A stretch of DNA of 24,027 nucleotides from an uncultured Oligoflexus sp. (GTDB lineage Bacteria > Bdellovibrionota_B > Oligoflexia > Oligoflexales > Oligoflexaceae): NCBI GenBank assembly GCA_964236955.1, contig CAXSGP010000002.1, forward strand, positions 1 to 24,027. The letters run 5' to 3'. Positions 8,052 through 17,129 of the stretch are shown here, in pieces. Both the position numbers and the translations under genes were made by a program. The notes beneath the pieces are model-generated. The model did no database searches, had not been told where the DNA came from, and saw only the letters and a program-made list of their open reading frames with translations. The stretch's first letter is position 1, and every line of letters begins with the position of its first letter.

Positions 8052-8750
8052 TTTTTAACCGGCTTTGCTTTCTCTTTAACATCAAGAGATTGAGCGTCTG
8101 CAGCAAAACCGTTCTTTACCATGTCTCTTACGGCCCAAGATAAAATGAGTCGTTTTACTAGTGAGTGACGGGCTAAAGTTTATGTTTGGGTCTGTCGGGA
8201 AATGAGGATGGCATGGTGCAAGGCAGAAATAAAGCGGAGTTTATTCCCCATAAATGTGCAATTATTTGCTGAATTAATGCAGCCATCACCATATCCGGAC
8301 AGACAGTTGTCAATCGAGCAGCAAAGAATGTCGTATTGTCTGAATTCAATAAGATGGCAGATTGTTGGGTAAGCGAGGTACGTGGGCACGCCTGATAAGA
8401 TTCTGAGTTGGATGGAAATTGATGCGCAGAAGACTTGGCATAATCGTGCAAGACCTCACTTTTTGGCTATAACCCGCGCTGGAGCTAAGGAAGAATTTAC
8501 TTAGCGATTTACCTTGAAGTTCTCTGCTTTTTATTTAGAATTCCATACATTAGCAAATATTTAAATCGACGTAAATGACTCGCGGCCTTGTCACTTTAAG
8601 ATTTGAAATGTAATTTTCTTGTCTCTGGCATCTGCATGTCTCAATACAAATGCCCTTGAGTTTCGATCACTGTGAATGGCAGATCCCTGCCCTCGCTTTT
8701 GCGAAACAAACTATTATTTTCTCCCAGTAGTTAAGAAGCGAGGAATGCCC

Positions 8751-11135
8751 ATGAGTCTTCACACCAACAGCAACTCTTCCAACAGTTCCGACTTTGCTGT
8801 CGACTCGAATGAAAAACGTCTTTTTGTTAAAAAGCGTAGTGGAGATAGCATTCCTCTGGATTCTGACAAGCTGCTGGAAGCGATCAGTTCGCTAAGCTAT
8901 GGGCTGCACGAAGTCAAACCAAAGGCTATTCTCGAGAAAGTGGTCAACGGGCTCTATGACGGTGTGACGACTGAAGAGATTGACAATCTCGTGATTCAAA
9001 CGACAGCGATGATGATTACGGACGAACCGGAATATTCAAAACTCGCTGCGCGTCAACTCCATCACTTCATTCGCGATGAACTTGTAAAGCTCGACGTGCA
9101 TAGCTTTGCTGATTCGGTGAAATACGGCGTAAAAGTCGGCATCCTCTCCGATGAGATCGGTCGATTTGTTGGCGCTCATGCCAGCGCCTTAAATGAAGCC
9201 ATTGATCATAGACGTTCCGAGCTTTTTGAGTATTTCGGACTCCGCACCGTTTATGACCGCTACCTCTTAAAAGATCCCAAGGCGCGCTTCGTCTTTGAAG
9301 CACCCCAGTACTTTTTTATGCGTGTCGCCTGTGGATTATCGCAATCGGTTGAAGAAGCGATTGAATTCTACGACCTGATCTCGTCCTTTGAATATATGCC
9401 AAGCACACCGACTCTCTTCAACTCGGCGACACGTCGTCCGCAGATGTCGTCTTGTTACCTCCTGGATTCACCTGAAGATAGCCTTGAGTCTATATATGAT
9501 CGATACAAAGACATCGCTCTCCTGTCCAAGTTTGCTGGCGGCATAGGCTTTGCTTATCACCGCGTCCGCTCACGCGGATCTTTGATCAAAGGGACCAACG
9601 GCAAATCGAATGGCATCATCCCCTTCTTGAAGACTTTGGATTCTTCGGTATCGGCAGTCAACCAAGGCGGCAAGCGCAAAGGTGCGGCCTGTATCTACCT
9701 TGAGACATGGCACGCCGACATTCTCGACTTTCTACAGCTCCGTGAAAATACTGGCGATGAGTCGCGCCGCACCCATAATCTTAACCTGGCCAACTGGATT
9801 CCTGACCTCTTTATGAAAAGAGTGGAGGTCGACGGCCCATGGTCTCTCTTTGATCCATCAAAGGTTCCGCATCTTCCCGATCTGTTCGGGCCTGAATTTG
9901 AAGCCGCTTATACCGCCGCTGAGCGTGAAGGATTGGCTGAAACTCAGCTCAGCGCCCGCGAACTCTATGGCGCTATGATGAAGGCCCTTGCTCAAACCGG
10001 CAACGGTTGGATGACGTTCAAGGATGCTTCCAATCAAAAATGCAACCAGACTGGTAAAAACCCCGGCAATGTGGTTCACCTTTCCAATCTTTGCACTGAA
10101 ATCATCGAGGTGACATCGAGCGCGGAAACGGCGGTCTGCAACCTCGGTTCCATCAACCTTGGCAATCATGTCGAAGGCAGGACCTTCAACTTCGATAAGC
10201 TTCGCAACAATGTGCGAATGGCGGTGAAATATCTGGACCGCGTAATCGATATCAATTTCTATCCGATAGGCACAGCTGGCGATTCCAATGCCCGCTGGCG
10301 TCCTGTCGGACTCGGTCTCATGGGACTTCAGGATGTTTTCTTTAAAATGCGTATTGCCTTTGACTCGGCTGAAGCCAAATTGATTTCCCAGCAGATTCAG
10401 GAGGAGACCTATTACGCGGCTCTTCAAGCCTCCTGTGAATTGGCGAAGGCTAATGGCCCACACACTTCATTTGCTGAAACCCGTGCGGCCGATGGCCAAC
10501 TTCAATACGACCTTTGGCATATTCAACCCGCGCAAACCGATCGTTGGAATGCCTTGAAAGCTGACATCAAAAAACATGGCCTGCGCAACTCGCTCCTCCT
10601 TGCGATCGCACCGACTGCCACCATCGCCTCGATCTGCGGCGCCTATGAGTGCATCGAACCACAGGTTTCCAACCTCTTCAAAAGAGAGACCCTGTCGGGC
10701 GAATTCATACAGGTGAATACTTATCTGGCTCGCGAGCTGAAAGCTCTGGGCCTTTGGAACGACAACGTTAAGAATCAGATCAAAGTCGCAGAGGGCTCGG
10801 TCCAGACGGTTGAGGAAATCCCAGCCGACATTCGTAATATCTATCGCACCGCCTGGGAGTTACCTCAGAAGGTTCTCATTGATATGGCTGCCGATCGTGG
10901 CGCTTACATTGATCAAAGTCAGTCTTTGAATCTCTTTATCGAGAGTCCAACGATCGGCAAACTTTCCTCCATGTATAACTATGCTTGGAAAAAGGGTTTA
11001 AAGACCACATATTATCTGCGCTCTAGACCCGCCACCCGTATCAACAAGACAACGATACAGGCAGCTGCTGTACCGGTCATCGAAGCAATCGCGTGTTCCT
11101 TGGAAAATCCGGACGCTTGCGAAGCCTGTCAGTAA
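8751..11135 (+). CDS. nrdA: Ribonucleoside-diphosphate reductase alpha subunit, class Ia, with ATP cone
   Basis: GAGGA RBS before the ATG at 8751 (8745 also possible); ATP cone VKKRSG; PSTPTLFN, SSCYL, QGGKRKG, SNLCTE, APTA, TTYYLR; C-terminal CEACQ. Confidence 0.97.
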   Translation: MSLHTNSNSSNSSDFAVDSNEKRLFVKKRSGDSIPLDSDKLLEAISSLSYGLHEVKPKAILEKVVNGLYDGVTTEEIDNLVIQTTAMMITDEPEYSKLAARQLHHFIRDELVKLDVHSFADSVKYGVKVGILSDEIGRFVGAHASALNEAIDHRRSELFEYFGLRTVYDRYLLKDPKARFVFEAPQYFFMRVACGLSQSVEEAIEFYDLISSFEYMPSTPTLFNSATRRPQMSSCYLLDSPEDSLESIYDRYKDIALLSKFAGGIGFAYHRVRSRGSLIKGTNGKSNGIIPFLKTLDSSVSAVNQGGKRKGAACIYLETWHADILDFLQLRENTGDESRRTHNLNLANWIPDLFMKRVEVDGPWSLFDPSKVPHLPDLFGPEFEAAYTAAEREGLAETQLSARELYGAMMKALAQTGNGWMTFKDASNQKCNQTGKNPGNVVHLSNLCTEIIEVTSSAETAVCNLGSINLGNHVEGRTFNFDKLRNNVRMAVKYLDRVIDINFYPIGTAGDSNARWRPVGLGLMGLQDVFFKMRIAFDSAEAKLISQQIQEETYYAALQASCELAKANGPHTSFAETRAADGQLQYDLWHIQPAQTDRWNALKADIKKHGLRNSLLLAIAPTATIASICGAYECIEPQVSNLFKRETLSGEFIQVNTYLARELKALGLWNDNVKNQIKVAEGSVQTVEEIPADIRNIYRTAWELPQKVLIDMAADRGAYIDQSQSLNLFIESPTIGKLSSMYNYAWKKGLKTTYYLRSRPATRINKTTIQAAAVPVIEAIACSLENPDACEACQ

Positions 11136-11200
11136 GAATTGAAAAATGCAGCTCTTTCGTTCGGTGTTTGAGAATTGTTTTTTTTGGAGATGCGCGACCT

Positions 11201-12199
11201 ATGCTACTTGATCACGGGATGGATCTTACTTTACGGCCGATGAAATACCCGGCCTTTTACGATATGTATAAATCAGCTATCAAAAACACCTGGACCGTTG
11301 AAGAAGTCGATTTCACCACCGATGTCTCGGATCTACGCGATAAGCTGACACCGGCGGAATCCCATCTGATCAAACGCTTGGTTGCCTTTTTTGCCACTGG
11401 CGATTCCATCGTTGCGAACAACCTGGTCCTCAATCTCTACAAGCATATCAATTCGCCTGAAGCACGGATGTACCTTTCTCGTCAGCTCTACGAGGAGGCC
11501 CTGCATGTGCAGTTTTACCTTACTCTACTCGACAGCTACCTGCCCAATGATGAGGAGCGCATCGCAGCCTTCGCGGCGATTGAAAATATTCCCTCTATCC
11601 GGCAGAAGGGTGAGTTTTGTTTTCGCTGGATGGATTCCATCAATAATTTGGATAAGCTCGTGACCCGGGAGGACAGAAAACGTTTTCTTCTGAACCTGAT
11701 CTGCTTTGCGACGTGTATCGAAGGTCTCTTCTTTTTTGCTGCCTTTGCTTACGTCTATTTTTTGAGGTCAAAAGGCCTTTTACATGGACTTGCTTCTGGT
11801 ACCAACTGGGTCTTCCGTGATGAAAGCTGTCACATGAATTTTGCACTCGAAGTCATCGACCAGGTTCGCCGTGAAGAGCCTTCGCTCTTTGATGACGATC
11901 TTCACAAGGACATCATAAAAATGATGGACGAAGCAGTCGAATGCGAGATGAACTTCTCACGGGATGTCTTAGGTCAGGGAATTGCGGGGCTTTCTGAGAG
12001 GGACATGCGTTCCTATCTCGAATATGTTGCCGATCAGCGCCTGAGCACACTGGGTGTCAACCCAGTCTATCATTCGAAAAACCCCTTTTCCTTTATGGAA
12101 CTTCAAGACGTTCAGGAGCTCACCAATTTCTTTGAGCGTCGCGTCGTGGCCTACCAAATGGGTGTTTCTGGGGAGGTTAGCTTTAACGAAGACTTCTAA
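11201..12199 (+). CDS. nrdB: Ribonucleoside-diphosphate reductase beta subunit
   Basis: GGAG RBS before the ATG at 11201; di-metal ligands in FFATGD, EEALH, IEGLFF and RDESCH; radical Tyr in HVQFY; NFFERRV tail. Confidence 0.97.
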   Translation: MLLDHGMDLTLRPMKYPAFYDMYKSAIKNTWTVEEVDFTTDVSDLRDKLTPAESHLIKRLVAFFATGDSIVANNLVLNLYKHINSPEARMYLSRQLYEEALHVQFYLTLLDSYLPNDEERIAAFAAIENIPSIRQKGEFCFRWMDSINNLDKLVTREDRKRFLLNLICFATCIEGLFFFAAFAYVYFLRSKGLLHGLASGTNWVFRDESCHMNFALEVIDQVRREEPSLFDDDLHKDIIKMMDEAVECEMNFSRDVLGQGIAGLSERDMRSYLEYVADQRLSTLGVNPVYHSKNPFSFMELQDVQELTNFFERRVVAYQMGVSGEVSFNEDF

Positions 12200-12225
12200 G
12201 GTACTGAAGGGCATACTAAATTAGG

Positions 12226-12254
12226 AAGGGAGTGGTTGATAGCCGCTCCCTTTT
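12226..12254 (+). terminator. Rho-independent terminator of nrdAB
   Basis: AAGGGAGTGGT-tgata-GCCGCTCCCTT stem (2 G-U pairs) running into a T tract. Confidence 0.75.
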
Positions 12255-12300
12255 GTATCTTGGCTCCGCGTCGACCCACCCCTTGCGTTTAGAAGTAGAG

Positions 12301-12717
12301 ATGCTCATGCCATCCGTAATTTTCATAGCAGCCGTTCTCTTGACCGGCGTCAAGCCCATCGCTAGCTGTCCGCGTCCTCATCTCATCAATATCGACCTCA
12401 ATTTCGCTATCGATCGCGGGGTTTTCAAGCGCACTTTTTTAAAATGTCGGCGGCAGTATAAAAAAAGCCCCTGCCTGGTGAAACTTGTTCAACCAGAAAA
12501 GGGCGCTTTTCATGCTATTTGTGGTGAGGTCCAGGCCGGACTGATCGGAGGCCTAAGTCCCGATGCCAAGTTAGAGGATGTCCCGCAGGTAACGGTACTT
12601 GAAATCAACTGCTCGGCTGAGAACTTCACTCGTAACCTGGCCGCTGATTGGGCCCTTTACCAATCCTATCCCATCGTCGCGATCACCCCGTCTGGTTTTT
12701 GTGGGGGCTTGGATTGA
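12301..12717 (+). CDS. Hypothetical Cys-rich, probably exported protein
   Basis: Hydrophobic N-terminus from the ATG at 12301 or 12307; 6 Cys including C..QYKKSPCL and AICG. The GTG at 12232 lies inside the terminator and is an unlikely start. Confidence 0.5.
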   Translation: MLMPSVIFIAAVLLTGVKPIASCPRPHLINIDLNFAIDRGVFKRTFLKCRRQYKKSPCLVKLVQPEKGAFHAICGEVQAGLIGGLSPDAKLEDVPQVTVLEINCSAENFTRNLAADWALYQSYPIVAITPSGFCGGLD

Positions 12718-12802
12718 GACGGAAATCGCTCACTTGGCCAAACTGTCTGGCTATTTAGAGGATCAAAGCCTTAGCTGAGAAAAAAACGATTTCATTTTGC
12801 AT

Positions 12803-13087
12803 TTATTTACAGGTAACAGCTGCCTGCATCGGCGTATAGAGGGAGTAAGTGATTCCCGCGATCAGACCTTGCAGAAAACTCTTTTCGGACGTGAAAGTTT
12901 CCATCTTCTTATCGCCACACATTCCTTTTAGATTCACCGGATCACTGAATTCGACCAAACCAAATATTCCATCATGATGCCATTTTTCGGAATTCGCCTG
13001 TTCCGTATAGGTATCATTTTCGGAAAATTGGATTGTCGAACAAGCACCCAAAGCCGTGGATAAAGCAAGAAGCACGTTTATACGCAT
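12803..13087 (-). CDS. Bor/Iss-family lipoprotein
   Basis: Lipobox LGAC; GIFGL, VNLKGMC, SFLQGLIAGITYSLYTP..A.VTC pattern typical of Bor proteins. Confidence 0.8.
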   Translation of the reverse strand: MRINVLLALSTALGACSTIQFSENDTYTEQANSEKWHHDGIFGLVEFSDPVNLKGMCGDKKMETFTSEKSFLQGLIAGITYSLYTPMQAAVTCK

Positions 13088-13116
13088 AAGTATTTCCAAT
13101 GAAAATGAGAGGCCTG

Positions 13117-13413
13117 TTAGCTGCACCAGACTTTGGCTGTGCGGGGAGCGTATATCCCTAAGGTAATGAGCCCTAAAAACCCATCCAGAAAGGTATTTTG
13201 CGTCTGTAACTGAGTCGGGGGTTTGTCCTTACATACCGTTTTGATATTGACGACTCGAGCATCGGGGGCCAAGCCAAAAACAAAGAAATTCTGCCTCTGT
13301 ATAAAATCGGGTTCGCTCACCTTGACTGGCCCTCCATCGCGTGTTGCGGTAACGGTGTTGCAACCCGCACCGAGAATGAACAACGATGCGAGCAGGAGCT
13401 TCGTAGACAGCAT
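13117..13413 (-). CDS. Bor/Iss-family lipoprotein
   Basis: Lipobox GAGC; QNFFVFGL, VNIKTVC, TFLDGFLGLITLGIYAPRTAKVWC, a close match to the lambda Bor pattern. Confidence 0.88.
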   Translation of the reverse strand: MLSTKLLLASLFILGAGCNTVTATRDGGPVKVSEPDFIQRQNFFVFGLAPDARVVNIKTVCKDKPPTQLQTQNTFLDGFLGLITLGIYAPRTAKVWCS

Positions 13414-13776
13414 TTGAACCTCACAATGGACTAAGTCCTTATAATGGTGGCGTACCTATAAAAGCTTGTAAAGACTTATCTCGTTGATGGCTCCTGCCCC
13501 TCCAAAAAACCAACACATGAAATTTTATAAAAAAAGGATGTTGGAGGGAGCTTAATTCCCCTTCCACGACAGACTTTGCAACATGTTCAAAGGGAGCAGG
13601 GGCGAAGCTCCTTCGACAAAGGATGAAAGGCGCTCGGGGAATCGTACATATTATAAATAATTCAATAATTACTACGTATTAAACAATGCCTAAAGCAGCT
13701 TTAATTAGGCGTCCCAAGCCGCAGCTGCTATAGCCAAAAGAGAAGCAGTGAAATCCGCACATCGGTAGGAGGAATT

Positions 13777-15324
13777 ATGACCAAGGTACCATCCCAATCT
13801 CCAGCCCATCCTTGGATGCAAGGCGAATGGCCTGAATTTGATACGTTAACAGAGGATCTCTCTGTCGATGTCCTAGTGATAGGTGCTGGCATCGCTGGCC
13901 TCACGACGGCGTATCTATTGGCAAAGGATGGCCGCGAGGTTGCCGTCATCGACGCTTCCCAGCCAGGCGCCGGGGAAACAGGCAATACGTCAGCGCACCT
14001 GTCGTCGGCCCTGGATGAATACTTTCATAAGCTGGAAGAATTGTTTGGCGAAGATGGAGCGCTTCTGGCTGCAAAATCCCATCGATCGGCAATCAACGCC
14101 ATCGAAGCGATCTGTGCGGAGGAGCATATCGAATGCCAGTTTGAACGCGTGAATGGTTTGCTCTTTGCTTCGAAAGCGGCCGACGATGATTTGATCAGTA
14201 AAGAATTTGATGCCGCTCGACGCGCTGGCTTCGAGGATCTTGATATGGGGGCGAAAGTTCCCTTCGCTGGCTTTGCCGATGCGCTCTCGCTTAACTTTCC
14301 CGGCCAGGCCCAGATTCAACCTATACTCTACCTCCAAGGCCTCGCGCGGGCCTTGAAAAATTTGGGCATAAAAATCTATACACGGTGTGAGGCCATCGAC
14401 ATCGGACGCGAAAAACCTATCAAGGTTCGCACGCAGCAGGGACCGACCATCACCGCACAACGCGTCGTGGTCGCCACCAATACTCCCATGAATGACCGCT
14501 TTAAAATACATAGCAAGCAAGCCCCCTACCGTACCTATGTCCTTGGCTTTGAAATTGAAAGAAGATCGGTCCCTAAAGCTCTTTATTGGGACACCGAGGA
14601 TCCTTACCACTATATTAGGACCCATGATTTAAACGATCATCAGTCGCTCCTTATTGTCGGCGGTGAGGATCATAAAGTTGGTCAAGAGGAAAATCCCGAG
14701 TCCCGCTGGTCCAAGCTGGAAACATGGACCCGCAGAAATATCCCTCAAGCAGGGCGCATCCTGAAGCGATGGTCCGGCCAGGTGAATGAACCTGTCGATG
14801 GCTTAGCCTTTATAGGCCGCAATCCGGGCGACACTGACGTTTTTATCGCGACTGGTGATTCAGGGCACGGTTTGACCCATGGGACGATTGCTGGCCTTAT
14901 CCTCAGCGACCTTATAAATGAGATTCCCAACCCCTGGGAAAGCCTCTATTCGCCATCCCGCGTCAACTTGCATGCAGGAGCCATGAAGGAGTTTTTTAAG
15001 GAAAACCTTAACGTTGCCCTGCAGTACAAAGATTATTTCTCTCCCGGTGATGTCGCAAGTCTTGATGAACTGGCGATGGGCGAGGGTGCGATTATGCGCC
15101 GGGGCCTGAGAAAAATAGCGGCCTACCGCGATCATAATAACCAGCTGCATTGCTGCTCTGCCGTATGCCCACATCTCGGCGGCCTGGTGCACTGGAATAA
15201 GGCGGAGAAGACTTGGGACTGTCCCTGCCATGGCTCCCGCTTCACGACGACGGGAGCGGTCATCAATGGCCCCGCCACCTGCGACCTTAAGCCTGCCTTC
15301 AAAGATAGCGGCAGGGTTGTCTAA
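13777..15324 (+). CDS. FAD-dependent oxidoreductase (DAO family) with C-terminal Rieske 2Fe-2S domain (YhfW-like)
   Basis: AGGAGG RBS; DVLVIGAGIAG Rossmann motif; Rieske ligands CPHLGG and CPCHGSRF. Confidence 0.93.
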   Translation: MTKVPSQSPAHPWMQGEWPEFDTLTEDLSVDVLVIGAGIAGLTTAYLLAKDGREVAVIDASQPGAGETGNTSAHLSSALDEYFHKLEELFGEDGALLAAKSHRSAINAIEAICAEEHIECQFERVNGLLFASKAADDDLISKEFDAARRAGFEDLDMGAKVPFAGFADALSLNFPGQAQIQPILYLQGLARALKNLGIKIYTRCEAIDIGREKPIKVRTQQGPTITAQRVVVATNTPMNDRFKIHSKQAPYRTYVLGFEIERRSVPKALYWDTEDPYHYIRTHDLNDHQSLLIVGGEDHKVGQEENPESRWSKLETWTRRNIPQAGRILKRWSGQVNEPVDGLAFIGRNPGDTDVFIATGDSGHGLTHGTIAGLILSDLINEIPNPWESLYSPSRVNLHAGAMKEFFKENLNVALQYKDYFSPGDVASLDELAMGEGAIMRRGLRKIAAYRDHNNQLHCCSAVCPHLGGLVHWNKAEKTWDCPCHGSRFTTTGAVINGPATCDLKPAFKDSGRVV

Positions 15325-15333
15325 GTCGAACCC

Positions 15334-15360
15334 AAAAAAGCCAGGATCACGCGATCCTGG
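15334..15360 (-). terminator. Rho-independent terminator between convergent genes (stronger for hldE)
   Basis: CCAGGATC-acgc-GATCCTGG perfect 8-bp stem preceded by AAAAAA on the + strand (a U tract on the - strand). Confidence 0.75.
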
Positions 15361-15403
15361 ATTATCCTATTTTATGCATTGAAACATTATCATTGGCCAA
15401 TGC

Positions 15404-16885
15404 CTAGATCTTCACACCCTGATTCGTCTGGATGCGTTTGACGATATCGGAAGTCGATAGACCGGCGACAAAGGGAATACGCTCGACTTTTCCGCCCGCT
15501 TCCATAACTGTATCAGCACCGATGATCTGATGAATTTCATAGTCGGAACCCTTCGCTAAAACGTCGGGCATCAATTCCCTGATGATATGTGCGGGCGTAT
15601 CCTCGTCGAATGCTACGACATAGTCCACGGCCTCGAGAGCAGCAAGCAGGCGCATGCGTTCAGCGAGCGGCACGATAGGACGCGTATCGCCTTTGAGCCG
15701 CCGCGTTGAGGCATCGCTATTCACAGCGATGATCAGAAGATCTCCCTTGCCGCGCGCTTCTTCAAGATAACTGATATGTCCGGCATGCAGCAGATCAAAG
15801 CAGCCGTTAGTAAAGACCACCTTTTTTTTCCGCTTACCCATGCGGCCCATCATCTGCTTGAGCTGGCTGAGCTCTTTGATCTTAATCGATGTCGGACGAA
15901 AGCCCACATTGCGAGCCTTGTCAGCCAGGGCTTCGATCAATTCCTCACGATAGATGGGCTGGGTACCCCACTTTTCCACAACCCGGCCTGCAGCGGCATT
16001 GGCAAAAACCATCGCCTCTGCAAGACTTACTTGAGCCCCCAGCGCCAGGGCCATGATCGAGACCACGGTGTCGCCGGCGCCGGAGACATCAAATACTTCC
16101 CTGGCCTTGGCCGGCAGCTGATTGAATTCACCGGTCAAGGAATTGAGCCCTATCATCCCCTCAGGGCCAAGGGTCACCAAAATATTGGCGACCGAATAGT
16201 TGCGGGCCAGTGCACTTGCCATTTCTTTGGCAGGCCAGTTGACATTGCTATCCCAGGCCAGAGCTTCGCAGGCTTCTTTGCGGTTAGGCGTGATTAAAGT
16301 AGCCCCGGCATACATCGTATAATCTTTGCCCTTGGGATCGATGACCACGGGGACATCCCGGGTCCGGCCGAGCGTGATCAAGCGCTGCATGAACTCTTTG
16401 GGGACACCTCCCTTACCATAATCGCTCAGCACCAAGACATCCCATTTTTCGCTCTCCAAATGCTTATAGAGAGCGTCCTGAGTCGCGCTCGAGATTGCCT
16501 TGATCTCTTCCCAATCGATGCGCACAAGCTGCTGATGATTCGCTGTGATACGGGTCTTCTTAATAGTCGGCCGATGGGTGTCGACCAAGATGCCGCTGGC
16601 ATCGATTCCGTCGCCAACAAGAATCTCTTTGAGCTGGCGGCCGGCGGCATCCGGGCCACACACGCCTATCATTAGGGCTGAGCCGCCCGCCAATTGAATA
16701 TTTCGTGCTACATTCGCGGCACCTCCAGCGGTCACCGAACTGCTCCTAACCAGATGCACAGGAACGGGAGCTTCAGGGGAGATCCGATTGACGACCCCAT
16801 CGAGATATTCGTCTAAAATCAAATCGCCAACGACGGCAACTCTAACCGATCGAGAATCCCAGGGCAGCTTGATATCGCTCATCAT
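15404..16885 (-). CDS. hldE: Bifunctional heptose 7-phosphate kinase / heptose 1-phosphate adenylyltransferase
   Basis: GDLILDEY, RISPEAPVPV, GGAANVA, SDYGKG, DVSGAGDT (PfkB-type kinase); FTNGCFDLLHAGH (nucleotidyltransferase). Confidence 0.96.
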   Translation of the reverse strand: MMSDIKLPWDSRSVRVAVVGDLILDEYLDGVVNRISPEAPVPVHLVRSSSVTAGGAANVARNIQLAGGSALMIGVCGPDAAGRQLKEILVGDGIDASGILVDTHRPTIKKTRITANHQQLVRIDWEEIKAISSATQDALYKHLESEKWDVLVLSDYGKGGVPKEFMQRLITLGRTRDVPVVIDPKGKDYTMYAGATLITPNRKEACEALAWDSNVNWPAKEMASALARNYSVANILVTLGPEGMIGLNSLTGEFNQLPAKAREVFDVSGAGDTVVSIMALALGAQVSLAEAMVFANAAAGRVVEKWGTQPIYREELIEALADKARNVGFRPTSIKIKELSQLKQMMGRMGKRKKKVVFTNGCFDLLHAGHISYLEEARGKGDLLIIAVNSDASTRRLKGDTRPIVPLAERMRLLAALEAVDYVVAFDEDTPAHIIRELMPDVLAKGSDYEIHQIIGADTVMEAGGKVERIPFVAGLSTSDIVKRIQTNQGVKI

Positions 16886-16952
16886 TGTAGTAACCTAACC
16901 TACTAATTTATGAGGGAAAATAATCTCTATCCTAGCGCCTCGTGCCGGTCAA

Positions 16953-16996
16953 GTCAAATAGATGACGCCGCCTGAAGACAACGTCAGTCCTTTGAC
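16953..16996. promoter_or_regulatory. Two GTCA-N6-TGAC palindromes, putative enhancer sites for a sigma54 activator
   Basis: GTCAAATAGATGAC (16953-16966) and GTCAGTCCTTTGAC (16983-16996), 30 bp apart and about 75-115 bp upstream of the sigma54 promoter. Confidence 0.55.
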
Positions 16997-17069
16997 TCCC
17001 ATCCTCTTGACCCCCGACGGTATTTTGGCGATGTCAAAGTTTAGATAACGATTCAAGTCTCTTATTTTC

Positions 17070-17085
17070 TGGCACACGGCTTGCT
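17070..17085 (+). promoter_or_regulatory. sigma54 (-24/-12) promoter of the flagellar operon
   Basis: TGGCACACGGCTTGCT: GG-N10-GC with consensus TGGCAC and TTGCT, 45 nt before the TPR gene. Confidence 0.85.
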
Positions 17086-17129
17086 TAAGTACAGTCTATA
17101 TAACTCTCACGACTGTAGGTTTCACACGA

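Noticed and set aside
8173..8451. Minus-strand ORFs of 92 and 69 aa in the nrdA leader
   Set aside because: No recognisable motifs or RBS, non-ATG starts, and they overlap each other.
8435..8451. TGGCATAATCGTGCA as a sigma54 promoter
   Set aside because: GG-to-GC spacing is 9 nt rather than the required 10.
8195..8460. Cobalamin riboswitch in the nrdA leader (GGGAA, GGTGCAA, CCCC...TGTG)
   Set aside because: The GCCACTG, GGGAAG and AGYCAGRAGACC elements and the required stems are not evident; an Infernal search would settle it.
8676..8750. Longer N-terminus for NrdA (and likewise 11093 for NrdB and 6874 for the membrane protein)
   Set aside because: Downstream ATGs have an RBS or match the family N-terminus; the extensions look non-protein-like or overlap upstream genes.
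13641..13682. AT-rich tract as a dif site or origin element
   Set aside because: No XerD arm (TTATGTTAAAT) and no DnaA-box cluster.
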